Of a stretch of DNA of 64,000 nucleotides, positions 23,429-37,400 are shown piece by piece (position 1 is the first letter of the stretch; each line of letters begins with the position of its first letter). The position numbers were made by a program, and so were the translations under genes. Source of the DNA: Adineta vaga (Eukaryota; Animalia; Rotifera); assembly GCA_021613535.1 (NCBI GenBank), contig CP075494.1, forward strand, positions 2,356,001 to 2,420,000. Reading direction: 5' to 3'. The notes under the pieces were generated by a model. That model was not told the DNA's origin. It saw only the letters and a program-made list of their open reading frames with translations, and made no database searches.

Positions 23429-23489
23429 TCACTTCTGACATACGCCCTAAATCATGTTCATATGACTTTTGTTGAGAGTTAGGGGCCTG
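23427..23489 (-). pseudogene. 63-bp diverged copy of helicase coding sequence 29706-29766
   Basis: Manual alignment gives 55/61 identities plus a 2-bp insertion. Peptide QAPNSQQKSYEHDLGR versus QTPNPQQNSHEHDLGR. Confidence 0.9.
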
Positions 23490-23527
23490 AGGGTCATTCA
23501 TCGGAATATCCGCACCCACACTCTTGA
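23488..23527. repeat. Telomere-repeat palindrome, site P10
   Basis: TGAGGGT-CATTCATCGGAAT-ATCCGCACCCACACTCTTGA. Confidence 0.7.
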
Positions 23528-23668
23528 CGAGAGAAGAATCGCGCATTATATAACACCCTTATTTTCTATTTGTAACGATTAAAAAATGTTAATTTTTATA
23601 CTTTATTTTCTTTTTATTAATATTGATGTTACAAAAAACAAACAACAGCAACTATGTTCTGATTTTCT

Positions 23669-26600
23669 TTATTCACGTTTGATATTTTTGACAGTATTGC
23701 TAATTTTGTTTGTTTGTTGACCTCTTAAAAAATTAATCTGATATTTTTCTGGACGCCCCGGAAACTGAATATCAATCATTGAAGATCCTCGACCTGATCG
23801 ATACGATTGAAATGCTTGTTCAATCTGATTTTGTACGAGTAATTCATAACGAATCCATTGACCATTCTCGTTACAGTAAAACCAATTTAAATTATCTACT
23901 GGCTTCTGTAGTGGTCGACGATCGATCAATCGTTGATATGATGTTCTTGTATTAATTTGACGATTTTTTTGAAAATCAATTTTATACGTTTGAGGAACAT
24001 CATCAATATAACGAGTCACCGGTGGAGTAACAATTTCAGAAGGTCCACCATTTAGTTTCCAATGTTCATAGGATTTCTCGAGTATTTCATTGATTGTATC
24101 ATTGTTCGGCTCGAAGTTTCCATTATCTTGACGCCAATACCATCGAAAAGGTGCATTCCAAGAAGATTCATTATCAACATACTGTGGAATGTCAGAAGGA
24201 AAGGGTGATAATCTACTCGCAGTGTTGGTTCCATAAGTAACAACTAATACTGGTAAATTAAATGCATAAGTCCAATCGACTGGATTATCAACAACATAAC
24301 AAAAATTTCCATGTGTTATAACTTGAGGACATCGAAGAATAAAAGTAATAAACATTTGACTAAATCCAGCTTGAGTACCACCTTTTTGAGAATAACCATG
24401 AGAAATAATGGCTGTAACACCAAAATATTCACCACGACCATATGCTTGACCTGCGCGACGTTTAGGATCAAAGCCCGTTTGACTAATAGCATCAATTGCT
24501 TGAAAAGGACAACCATGATAAGCAAAAAACCCTTTGGCTAAATCTGGTGGAAAAGAATGACCTAACTCTTGATTACCCTTATAAAATCGCGTTAATGATT
24601 TGTATTGTTTTTCCAGATAAGGATTTTCATCAATACGACCAATAGGTTGTACTGTTTTATCTAATGGCCAATTATCTTGAACAAATTTTTTAGCAGCAAG
24701 AAAGAGTTGCGGCAAAAATTCTCGACGTTTCTTTTCTTCTATAAGTTGTTCACATGTTCTATTGAGATGAAATTCGTCATCGATAACTTGACATTTCGGA
24801 CAAACATTTTGTCCACATGTTAAACAGGTTTGATAACCATAATTAAGTTGAATTAATCCTTCACATTCATCATTCGGACAAAAGACACGATCATCTTGTT
24901 GAGAATTTCTTGTTAAATAATATTGAATCGAATTTTTTAATAAATGTGTTAATAATTGTTCATTATTATTAAAGATAACTTTTATATCACGAATATGAAT
25001 ATTTGATTGACAATCTTCACATCGAAGAGGAAACGTATGAGTTGCAGCAAGAGATTGTACAGCACATCGACAATAAGCATGTCCACAAATTCGAAATAAA
25101 CTGGTCGAAATCGATGATTTTTGTTTACAAAAAACACATCGGCGTTCTTGTCTTTCTTTTCCAAAAACATTCATATCTTCCTCATTTGTCATATTATCTT
25201 CATCATCATCATCATTATCTTCTTCTTCGTCACTTTCTACATCATCTGTATTCGCAGTAATCTCATCCAAAAGTTGAAGAACTTCATTTTCACATAAGTT
25301 CAAATCTTTTAAGGAAACATTTACTTTACCCATGATTGTTATTGTTGTTGTTTTTGGATTAAATGAAACTAAACAAGATTGCGATGCCCATCGTGATCCA
25401 ATTTGTTGTAATTTAACTGATGCTGCTTTTTGTTTTCCAAAAAATGTTGCGACAAATGTGCTTAGTTCATGTTCACGAAAACGTTTATCAAAACCATCGG
25501 AATAATCAGCAATACGTCTCATTAGTTGTCCTTGAGATGTTTGTGGACCACGAATTTCAATATTGGTAAAAAATTTATTTGGATTAATCTGTAAACATAA
25601 TTCCTGTGCCCATTTTTGTATTTGACCAATTTCTTCTAATTCACAAAATAATTGTTTTTGTCGTTCGGTATTTAATTTAATATTGATGGGTGCAAAGCTT
25701 TGTGCAAGCATTGAAGCTGCTAAACTTGTCTTTTGAGGAGTTCCATGACTAAATGTACAACGTTTACCAAAATTTGGAATATTTTTACATTTCACTTGAA
25801 CTTGAAATTTTTCACAAATACTATCGAGGATTTGTTGAAAGTTCGAATATAAATCTGTTCGAAGAATAGTTATTACTGCTGATCCATCGACAATCCAATC
25901 TGATTTAGGTAATACATCATTCGTATTTGTTGTTGTTGTTGATTGTGATGAAGTGAATATCTTTAGAGCAGCTTCACGATTGATTACAGTGATACGAAAG
26001 AGATTTTTTGAAAAATTCTTAGAAGTAGTATTAGAAGCATCGTCGCTCTTCATGACTTTAATTTGAATATATTTTTGCATTGGACCTTTCTTACCAGTAA
26101 TAGTAATAGGAAATGACGTTTGACATAATTGTAGATCATATATAGTTGCAGCTTGATTACGTTGTTCTTCATTATGAAATGTTATTTTTGTCCATCCAGT
26201 TAGATCATTTTTTGTACGTCCAACATAAATATCTTTAGGAGTCGGACCATTTCCTGTTTGAAGACATTGACGAAGAAAAGTTTCGTCATTATCCAAAGGT
26301 AAATTGTCCAATTTAAGAAATGATTCTTTTTGAGTTTTATCTTTTTTTTCATTTATTAAAACACATTTGATGATAATATCAGTACCGTATCGTTGAATAA
26401 TATCTTCTTCATTGATATTTGCTGGAGCTTGAATAACAAGTTCTCGACCCCAACTTTCTTTTTCACTATCACGAGATTTTCCAAATTGATTTTCTTGTTC
26501 AATCAAATGATATGAAGGGATTTTATTCAATGCCTGTCGATATGTATTTTCATTTTTAAAAATCATATAAACATGTTTATTCGTTGTCTTTGCTGTTCTC

Positions 26601-29600
26601 ATTTTTCCTGTACAAAATCCATATTCTTTGATTTCATTCCATTCAATATTAATCATCTTTTTTATCCAATCTTTTAAATCATTTACTGTTTGACATGGAA
26701 CATTCTGAAGATTAAGTTTTAATACACTAGACATTTGATTAATATGTGTACAAACTAAACCACTTTGAAATTTTGCTTTTATTGGTCCACATTCTAATAA
26801 ATCATCAGCTTCGCAGAGTTTTTTCATAATTTCATCTCGACAACGTTGAACAATAGGTGTGATTGTTGATTTCGTTGTTTCAAGACCCCAAATCAGAAAA
26901 CGACATTGTGTTCGATCATATTGATAAACAATCCATTTTGCCCATGGTTCTGATTGATAAACTTTTAATTTTTGACGAAGAATGATTGCGCAAATTCTGA
27001 ACCAATACCATCATATGTATCTAAATTTTGTATTAGATTGATCATAACATTTGATCGCGGTATTGGATGAAGTCGTTCAATAATATAGTCTCCTGATGGT
27101 AATTGCGTAATCGTCATGGCAACAAAATATTGATAAATTTCTCGATCTGAATCTTTATTAAGTTTTTGCATAAATACACTCGTATTCGTAATATTAGCAC
27201 GAATATCTGTTGATACTAATCGGACACCTTCAATTGGTAATTGTGGTACAAGTAAATAACCACATTGTTCGGGAAAAAGTTTTGCAAGATGATAACCAAG
27301 AATTTTAATTGTATCTTCAGACATTTCATCACGTGGCTGAAGCCAACGTGCATTTTTTATTTGTTTTATAATCGATGTACAAGATGTGTCAATATGTTGT
27401 AAAATTTTATTATTTAAACTATTTTCATTACTATGTTTTATTCGACATATGCAATATTTAATTAATTTGGAACATTTGGAACATTTTCCTTGTATTTCAT
27501 TTCCACGGACATTTTTCCAAGCGTTATAAACCGAATATAAATGAATAAGATCACTTTTATGATTATGAGCTTGAAGTGCAACACGTGTTTTGGCTTCGTC
27601 TTTGGCTTCTTTTGTAGACCCACCCATGAAGAAGAGCGTGCCAGGTGCTGAAAGAATTGCCACTATTGCCACAACAAGATCTAATAAACTTTTATATTCT
27701 GTATAAACATCGACGATGAACGAACTTAGTCGAGGATCAAGACCAAGTTCTGTAAATAATTCACCTCTTTTTGTAATTTTTTGTTCATTCATACATTGAA
27801 GTTTTGTAAGAAGATCAAGAGAATTGTTAATTGTGTCAATGGGCGGTTGATCCATAAATGGAAAAGTTTTTGGATCAAAATTTAATCGAATAAGTTGTAA
27901 GAGAACAAGATCAAGTGATGATCGTAAAATTTCTGGTTCAATATTTTGTCGTTTTAATTCAATATCTTCATACAAACGAACGCAATGACCAGGCGCAGTT
28001 CGTCCAGCTCGACCTTTGCGTTGATCAGCAGATGAGCGTGAAATACGTACAGTTTCAATGACAGTAAGACGACGTTTAACATCATAACGAGCTTCTTTTG
28101 CTAAACCAGAATCAATAACCAATCGAACATTTGGAATAGTTAACGATGTTTCAGCAACATTCGTACAGAAAACAACCATTCGTCTATCTGTTTCGTGAAA
28201 TCTAATAACTTTTTCTTGATCTTCTGGTGATTGTGAACCATATAAGGGAAGTGGAACACAATCGTCGGGAAGTTTGGATTTAAAGATTTTCAATGCTCGT
28301 TCAATTTCACTTTGACCAGGAAGAAAAACAAGCGTATGTCCTTCATGTTGAGGATATAACTCGATAATGGAAGGAACAACATGTGATATGATTAACTTTT
28401 GATCAGAACAATTCGGCGGTGGTAGTTTTTCAGCTTTGGTTACGGGAAAAACTCGACCTTCAACCTTCAGAGGTGTACTAGTAGAACGATCGAAAAATTG
28501 AAGAAAACGAGTGGGATCAATTGTTGCTGAAGCAATAACAACATAAAAATCATCAGGACGTTTTGCAAGTAGAAGTTTCGAAATCCCAATGACAATATCG
28601 GTATTTAAAGAACGCTCATGAGCTTCATCAATGATAAGTGTACGTATATGTTTTAAATCAGGATCACGTTGACTTTCTCGAATAAGTGCTGCATCAGTCA
28701 TAAACATAATATTTGTTCCTACTACTCGATTCCCATGACCAACTTGATATCCAACGGAATCCCCAACTGATTTCCCATCGTATTCTTCAGCGACACGACG
28801 TGCCAGTGAAAGCGCAGCAACTACACGTGGTTGAGTACAAACAACAAGTGAATCAAAATATTCAGCAGCATATTGAGGTAATTGAGTACTTTTACCACTG
28901 CCAGTTTCAGCAGTGACAATTAAAACACGTTCACGTTCAAGACGTTGACAAAATATCTCACGGCAGGAGAAAATTGGCAAGGAAGCTTTTTCACGATCTT
29001 TGATTCTTTGTCCCAAAGTTTTTAAATTTGTTTTCTTGATTTGTTGGTTTCTATTGTTTTTCAAATTAACATTCTTAGTTGTTTTTTTCTGCTGTAATTT
29101 CATCTTACGCTCTGGTGAATGAATTTTCGAACATTGTTCATCTTCACAATCATCTCCTTGTTCACATGGATTCCATTGTGGTTGATGAAGACAAGTGCAA
29201 TTAAAGTTCGGACATGCAATCGGTTGATCACATTCCGATGGTCGTTCACTTGGATGATTAAGTTTGCAAGATATTTCACGACATTCAGCACCTGATGGAC
29301 ACAGTAGTTCATTACGATCTGGTGGATGTAAACATAAACAATCGAGATTTGTGCATTTTTCTTTATTAGAACATGGTCGAGCTCGAGTATGTGGATGTAA
29401 CTTTTGACAATTCCATGATTTACATTTTCCACGTAAAGGACACATTTTAGCACGTGTTTTTGGATGTAAAAATTTGCAATTTGTAATTTTGCAAACACCA
29501 CCATCGCGACATTTTGCTTTTCGTTTAAACGGATGATTGGCTGTACATTCATAATCGTCACATTTTTCTCCATTCATGCATGGATTCCACCCGTCAGGAT

Positions 29601-30372
29601 GATCAAAAATGCAATCGATGGTAAAACACTTCACTCCATTACGACATGATCTTGCGTTTGTATTCATCGACTGTGTTGAGCTAATCGAACTTGTTGATGA
29701 ACTAGAATCACTTCTGACACGCCCTAAATCATGTTCATGTGAATTTTGTTGAGGGTTGGGAGTCTGTTTTTTTCCATGAGCCAATTTGCACGTTGAATTT
29801 TCACACGATTCGTAATTTAAACATCGTTGATGGCGGTATTTGCATTCATTACTTTTCTTTCGACATAAGTCTTTATTCGCAAAGTAACACAATTGTCGTT
29901 TATCCTGATCATCTTGATTCTTTATCTCAGCATCGAGTGTGATATTCGAAACTGAAATTGTGTTAGTAGACATAAGAGATGTTACTGGTATAAAACGATT
30001 GAAATGCTCTTCTTTTGATTTTGTTTCTGTAGAAAGTTTAAACTTATGTTGTTGGTTTAGTAATGATTCTCGTTCTTGATCTCTTTGAGAAAAATTGACC
30101 TGATCATTACGACGTGACGAAACAGTGCAATTGATTTTTTGTCCTTGAATTGAAGCACCTGACCATTGACGGACAAATTCATTTGCGTCTTCTTCATTGA
30201 CAAAACCATTGATCCATGCACAAGGATTCTTATTAGTATTGAAAATCTTTGGAATAGAAACACGCAATGTCGGTGGTAAATGAAGTTCTTGAGCAAGTTT
30301 TATAGAATCCATTGATGCAGGAGGTGGACTGACTCGAACACTCCATTTATTCGATGAGCTATTTGATGCCAT
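23669..30372 (-). CDS. Giant multidomain protein: RRM-like, CCCH zinc-finger array, DEAH RNA helicase, RRM/KH-like region, RING-IBR (RBR-like), PARP-like catalytic domain, two WWE domains; one frameshift near 26990
   Basis: AETGSGKST, TQPR, DEAH, SAT, TNVAETSLT and QRKGRAGR motifs; more than 10 C-x5-C-x4-C-x3-H units; CVFC...CGHAYC...CEDC then FCPNDEC...CLTC...CPKC...H; AYHG...AYGRGEYFG; two WYW/WFY...R.I.R WWE repeats. The two ORFs (26965-30372, 23669-26827) are joined by an open -1 frame with no intron. Confidence 0.85.
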
Positions 30373-31272
30373 TTTCTTTAAAGAATAGAAGATTTGTGTT
30401 TATGTATCTGTGAGAGAAGAAATAATTTCAAAGAAGAGAAACGTATGTTTGGATTTGTAGGTATATGTTTAAACAGATTTTATACTAATTACATAAGAAA
30501 AGCAGTAGTGTGAATTATGACTTCTTAAAAACAAATTTTTGCGACTGAATCAAACCATAACAAGCAGTTTCATCTGGGTTTTTACCCAGTTCTTTTTTCC
30601 CATTCTATTGCACAATGAGAAATTCATAAAAGTGACGTTGTGTATTAAATCGATGAAAAATTGAAAAATACTTCAGAACTGTTTTATAACGACAACTGAA
30701 GAAATAAACTAAGACACAAACTTCAACTTCAATTCAAATAACAAATCAAATATTTCAACATATCCGACATCAAACGAATGGATGACATGTAAAGGACCTC
30801 AATTTATTTACTGAATCAATATGAGAAGAGAGTCAAGATACAAATGAGTGAAATCGAATGAGTTAATCACTTTTTTGAAATCAATAAAATTGACGAGGGC
30901 AATGATGTCGCTCGAATGAGCACTAGATGTCGGTTCGTCTACTTATCCATTGTTAAATTAAATTATTTAAGGATAAACAAAGAGATCAGCTGAAGACAAT
31001 TTCCTTTTGCAAATATTAATTTGATATTATGGGAAAATCTGTTGCAAATGATTTGACTATGAAAATTAGGCACAGTTTTTGAGTGATATTTCAATGATCG
31101 ATCTGTAACCAATCGAAATAGAAAAAGCAGATCAACAGTTTTTTTTTCAGATTTCAAATACTGATACAAAATATTAACCGCAAAACAGATCTATGTTGTA
31201 TTTACTTACGTATTTCAAATAAAAATAGCTTTCTTTCATTGAATAGAATGGTCTGATATATTCACACGCATC

Positions 31273-31301
31273 TTGAGGCAATAACGACACCCACACCTTA
31301 A
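31273..31301. repeat. Telomere-repeat palindrome, site P11 (short left arm)
   Basis: TTGAGGC-AATAACG-ACACCCACACCTTAA. Confidence 0.65.
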
Positions 31302-31406
31302 AACATCTTGTTTTCATTAATATTCAATTTATTTAAATTTTCAGAAATACAATAACAAAAGCTTCAATTCACAATACAAATTAAGTTTATTTTATAAGAT
31401 TATCGT

Positions 31407-34400
31407 TCATCGATCAAAATACATCTGAAAACATAAAAATAAAACTATAGGAGACAAATAACTTCACAATAAGGGAGATTTTTACTCGATTAATTTGATT
31501 GACCAATTGTTTTGTTCTTAATGGTAATGCATTCATTATATGTAAATATTCTCCACGCATTTGTTTATCTCTTTCTTCTTGTAATTTCCATTCGGGTCTT
31601 TTTCGTAAACCTAAAACAAATATTTATCATCTCTCCTTTCTTCTTCTATATTCAATGAAATTTACCTGTCCATCGAAGAAATTTATTTAAAATCAATAAG
31701 AAAACTTCTGGATCTTCATTGGATTGTTGACGTGCAAGACGAAAATTCTCATTGATGATCGAAAGAAAGATACTAAGACAAATGAAAACAACAATGACAA
31801 TAAATAAAGTCAATGTAAATGGACCAAGAAATGATCCTGCTCGAGATAATTGATTTGAATCAAATTTAAGTAAAATCATTTCAAATAACATTTGACTAGT
31901 TTGAAATAATGTTGAACATGATGATAATTTTGAAAGAAATAAAAGATAAAATAAACAAAGAAATGATACGAAGATAATTGAAAACATCATTGAAAATGAA
32001 ATTAATTCTTTCATTGATAAACGAAGTGTTTCACTGAATAAAGATAAACGACGATTAAATCGACATAAACGAAGAAATTTAATTGTACCAAAAAAACAAC
32101 AAAATCCATTGAAATACGTCAGAAGATCATTCAGATACGCCGATGACTGCAAATTAATATAAAGATCACCTTGACTCTCACGAAAAACTTTGGCAATTTC
32201 TTTTGCAGTTTTATATCGAGAAAAGTAAACTCCGATGGATGAAAATGAACAAATTATCAAACCAAGTTCAATGATTGACCAAAATTGAAATAAATATTTC
32301 CATTTTAATTCGTAAATTGTTTGAAGTTCATTCCAAAGGAAATAAAGAATTAATATTAAATAAAGAATTATACAAATCATTTGAAATAATGATGTAAATG
32401 CTAAAAAAAAAGAACGAAGTTTCATCTTTATGAGAAAGAAAATTTACCAGATAATTGAATTGGTTCAAATCGTGATTGAAAATGAATACTTCCAGTAGAA
32501 AGAAATTGATTTTGAAGTGTTACAAAAGTAAATAATTGAATATTTGGATTATAAAGTGACATTTGAATTTGAATAAGACGTGTTTGTTGATCAATCCATC
32601 CCAATCGATGAAGTTGTGACAGATTATTTCGGAGATCTGATAATGAACCTCGATATTCATATATATATCCTTTTTCACTTGTACGATAAAGAAATGATTG
32701 CGATATTGATGGACTAAATCTTTCTTTCGATTGATCGAACCATCCCGGTGAAAATGACCGTCTTTCTTCATTTGATCCACTCAGATCATTCCGACAGATT
32801 GAATTGACTTTCATTCTTTTCGGACATATTTGTGCTCGAATTCTAAATTGTTTCATTAGAGCCCAACCAATGATTCGATTTGAAGTATCATTCATATATC
32901 CACGAAGATATTCAACATTCTTTCCATTGTACCATTTTTGTGCACGAAGATTTCTAACAAAATCTTTTTCTAACCAATTCCAATATTCATTAATCGACAA
33001 GATCTAAAAACGAATATAGATGAAATGAAAAGAAAGAGAAAAGAAAAACAAACTTTTGGTTGATGAAATGATTTTCGAAGATGTTGAACTTGAAATGAAG
33101 CATTTTCATTTCGATTGGAATAAACAATGGCCGAAAGAAGTGCGACAAAGGAAATATAAATAAAGATTTCTCGAATAATTGACCAAATTTGTAATTCACG
33201 AAGACGAATTTGACGAGCATAAGCGATTTCATTTGGAGTTAAACGATTTGGACGAATAGTTGAAACTTCAATTGATGAATGAAGATATTCCTCATCATTA
33301 TTGAGTATTAATTGATTTTCATCAAAATATTCTTTTGCTTCTTCATCTTCGTTTGTTGATTTTTGACAGAAAACAGCAAAAAATATTGTCAATGATAAAA
33401 TCTATTCAATAGATAATTATTCAAATGACAAATATTAAGAGAAAATATTTACTTTAATTGGTTCAGTTAGAAGAATTGAAGAAAAGAATGATGAAAGAAC
33501 AGAAATTAACCATTGTTGACTTTTTATATCACCAAATTCAATTCCACGTGCAATGATTAGAAATATCGAAACAATAATTGATAGAAAAGAAAGTCCATAA
33601 ATAATAAAGATAAACCACCATGGAAACGTTATTGAACATTTCTTCTTTTTCTTTTTCGTAACATTTTTATTCGAAAGAGAATAATGAGGAATAACTTTTT
33701 CTAATGGAGAAATTCGTTGATGACGAGATCGAAGACGACGAAACATTTGAATTAACAAAAGACTTGGAATCAATGAAATCAATTCACTTATTAAACCAAC
33801 TAAAATCTAAAATAAACAAAGAAATAACGAAAGAGAGAAAAATAAAGAAACAAACTTGATCTGATGTAATAGAAAATGATCCAAAAGAAAGATTTGTTGA
33901 TGTTTTCACCTTAGCTTCATTTGATAAATCATAATACATAATATTTGATAACATTGAAACGAAAAGTAAAACAAAACATGACGTACATCGTTGAACACGT
34001 GTAAATTGATTTGATGGTGGACGAGAAAAGATTGAAAACCATAAATGACCATCCGATAAACTATGAAATGCTTTTTTAGATAAAATATATGTAAATTCTT
34101 TCTTTTCTTCTTCATTAGCCACGGGAAAAACTCGTTCAATTTTTCCATCTTCTTTTTCCACAGCAAACCATCGTTGAGAAATAAAATGAAATGTTTCCAT
34201 TGTTTGTAAATCTCGTACAATGATATATTTAAGAAACCACGATGCTAAAGAATCTTCACCGGAATTATCATGCCAAATACGAAGACAATTTAATAATCCT
34301 AATGATTTTGGAACAGACATGATAAATGAATCAATTCCACCACGTTGAAAAATCTTTCGTTGTGAATCTGAAAATGTTCGAATACGAGTGATATTTTTAT

Positions 34401-37400
34401 CACCATATAAAACAAAATGAACTTTTGATGTTGTTCCCGAATCTTTCCTTTGTCCAGTAAATACAATTAATTGATAATAATAATGATCTGATGATTGATT
34501 ATCAGATAAAGGTGTTACACCTAATTTTTCCAAATCTTTTTTATCTTTCTTTCGAGCATAGATCATTAAAATAATATAAATCGTTGTTACGGTGATAACA
34601 GTTAAATAAATTGTTTTATTTTGATAAAACTCTGCATTAGCTAAAACGAATTTCCAATCGATCATTTCAGGTAAAATTAAATATCCACTTGCAAATTTTG
34701 TTAAATGTGTTGAAAAACATTCTGTTTGATAATGAGTTGTATTTGATCCAACTATTAATCCATCAGATTTCCATTGATTATGTTCATTAAGATAATAACA
34801 ACCAGATGTAAAGATTCGTAATTGATAATCTGATGTAAATTCAAATGATTCGTTTGGAATAAAAAATGTTTTATTTGATGAATTTAAACAAAGATCATTG
34901 GAATTTAATTCTCGTAAACCAAAAATTAATGTTTGATGACCAATTGTTCGTTGATTATCAATAAAGTGTATATGAGTTTCATTGGAAGGACAAAATAAAT
35001 CCCATCCATCGATTTGATCTATTGAATTGTTTAATTGTGGAATTTGATCAAATTTATAAATTAATAAATAGGATAGATTCAAATTTAATGATTGAAATTC
35101 AATATGAATGGAAATTGGTAATTGAGAAGTGATATTAATGAAATGATAATGAAATGTTTGATTATGTCGAGTAGAATTAAATGATGAAATATTATAATAA
35201 ATCATTGGTGAAATGATATGATTGGGATCTCGTGGAATAATCAATCGAATTCGATATTGTTTTGTTGTTTCAACGGAAATTTCATTCCCATTTCGATCTA
35301 ATAGACTTAAAGAAATCATTCGAGAAAGATTTGTATTGGAATTCTTTTCAAAAATAGCTAATCGTTCTATTGTTGACTAAAAGATACACAGAAAGAATAA
35401 GAAATGTTTATAGAAAAAAAAATTTACTCGAAGAGAAATTATTGAATTATTATTCAGAGATGAAATGAAATTTGATGGAAAATCGATTTCTACTCCTCCA
35501 ATTTGTTTTAATTTTTTATTGAAAATTGATGAAATTGAAATTGTTTCCAATAAAACAAAGATTTCTTCGGTATTTATTTCGAATTTTTGATCAATATTCA
35601 AATGAATATTCAATGAATTTGTAACTAAAGTGATAATCTGATTTACTTCATTTGTTATTTGTTTTGTAAGTTTCTTTTGATAATATTCATTTCGATTGTT
35701 ATTTATTATTTCCATTGAAAAATGATTTTCATCAACAAATAATTCTGCAACATATCAAAATTATTTTTTCTTTCAAAAAGATCAAATTATTTACTTAAAT
35801 TTGACCAATCTGACTCTAAATCTGTATCATAATCATCGGGTGTTTTTATTGAACTATCAAAATCTGATTTTAAAACATTTGTTCGTTCTTGTAAAACACT
35901 ATTAACACCCTATGATATTCATAAAAGAAATTAATAAGTAAAGTTTATTTTTAATTAATTACGGTCAAAACATTTGCAGCACATTGAAGAAGTTGTTGAC
36001 CTGTGATTTGAATATCTTCATAAGGAATTTTTGTTGATAATGAATACAGAACTTTTGATAATTGATAACATTTATTTGATACAATCATCTATTCAAAATA
36101 AAGAAATGAATAAAAGATTTTTAAATTTAATATTTACAAGAGTTTTTCTTGTTAATTCATTTGTTGATTGGGTAAGTTGAATTAATGTTGATGATTGAAA
36201 TTTTAGACTATCGATTGTTTTCGCAGGAAGATCAACTATGAATTCACTAAGATATTCTCGATTCTCTGCTTGAAAATTGATTTGTTCATTGAATTGATTA
36301 ATAATTGATTGGAAATTGTTCGAATAAAAAATTTGATTCTGTTCTAATGATGCAACAGAGATTTGTGTTGGTAAAATTCCATCTAAAGAAAAGAAGATAT
36401 TATTGTATAAAAGAAATGAATTTCATCAGACTTTTTATTGTTTTATCAAGATTTGCTTTAGTTATTTGATTAAAATCTTGTGAAATAGAATTAATAAGTT
36501 GTCCAATAGAATTTTGATCTTTAATAAAAATTAATTCGTCTAATAAATTAGTTGTTGATTTTGATAAAACAAAAATCGATGTTGAAATATTAAATTCAGT
36601 TATTGAATTCATGAAATCACGAATTTGAACAACAAGATACAAATTTCCACTTGGAAATCGAACAGTAAAATTCGACACAGGTGAAAAAGCAATGATTGTT
36701 CGTTTTATTGAATTATTAAACGAATCTAAATGAAATAAAAAGAAAATTTCAAAGAAATCTTCTATTTAATTTTCTTACAAAATAAAGAATAATCTTTAAT
36801 ATTATCTTTATTTTGCCAATTAATACAAATAATTTGAAAAAGAGTTTCAATTGTTCCATTTATTGGATCAATTAAACAAGTTCCATTCGATGGTTTTGGA
36901 TTAATTTCAAAATTTAATGAACTAATACTTATTTCATTTTCAAATGAATAAATAACTTCAAATTTCCAAAATGTTTCATTTGAATTCATTAAAAATAAAT
37001 CTTTTGTTGATGTAAAATTCTTTGTATTTCGTCCTTTAACACAAAAAATTTATTTTCTTTTTAAAAAAATAAAAATATTTTTACCAAAAAACCATTTTTT
37101 TTCATAAAAATTCATTTCGGGAAATAAAATCCATTGAGTTGAATTCTTCGATTGGTAATAAATATTCCATTGAATTATTTCATTCAAAGGACATTTTCCA
37201 TAACAATAGGAATATAATGCAACTTGTGTTGTTGGATTTATTCGTTGATATTCAAGATTTGATGAACAAAGTGTTGAAATAACACATCTAAATTAAATTA
37301 ATGAAAGAATTTAATCAATTCGGAAATGATTTACCCAATTATAATCATTGGTCTTTGTAAATCTTTAATTTGAACAAGAACATAACCAATTGCATAAATT

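Noticed and set aside
23373-23527. CRISPR array
   Set aside because: Only one short repeat-spacer-repeat unit, repeats are not identical, there are no cas genes and the context is eukaryotic.
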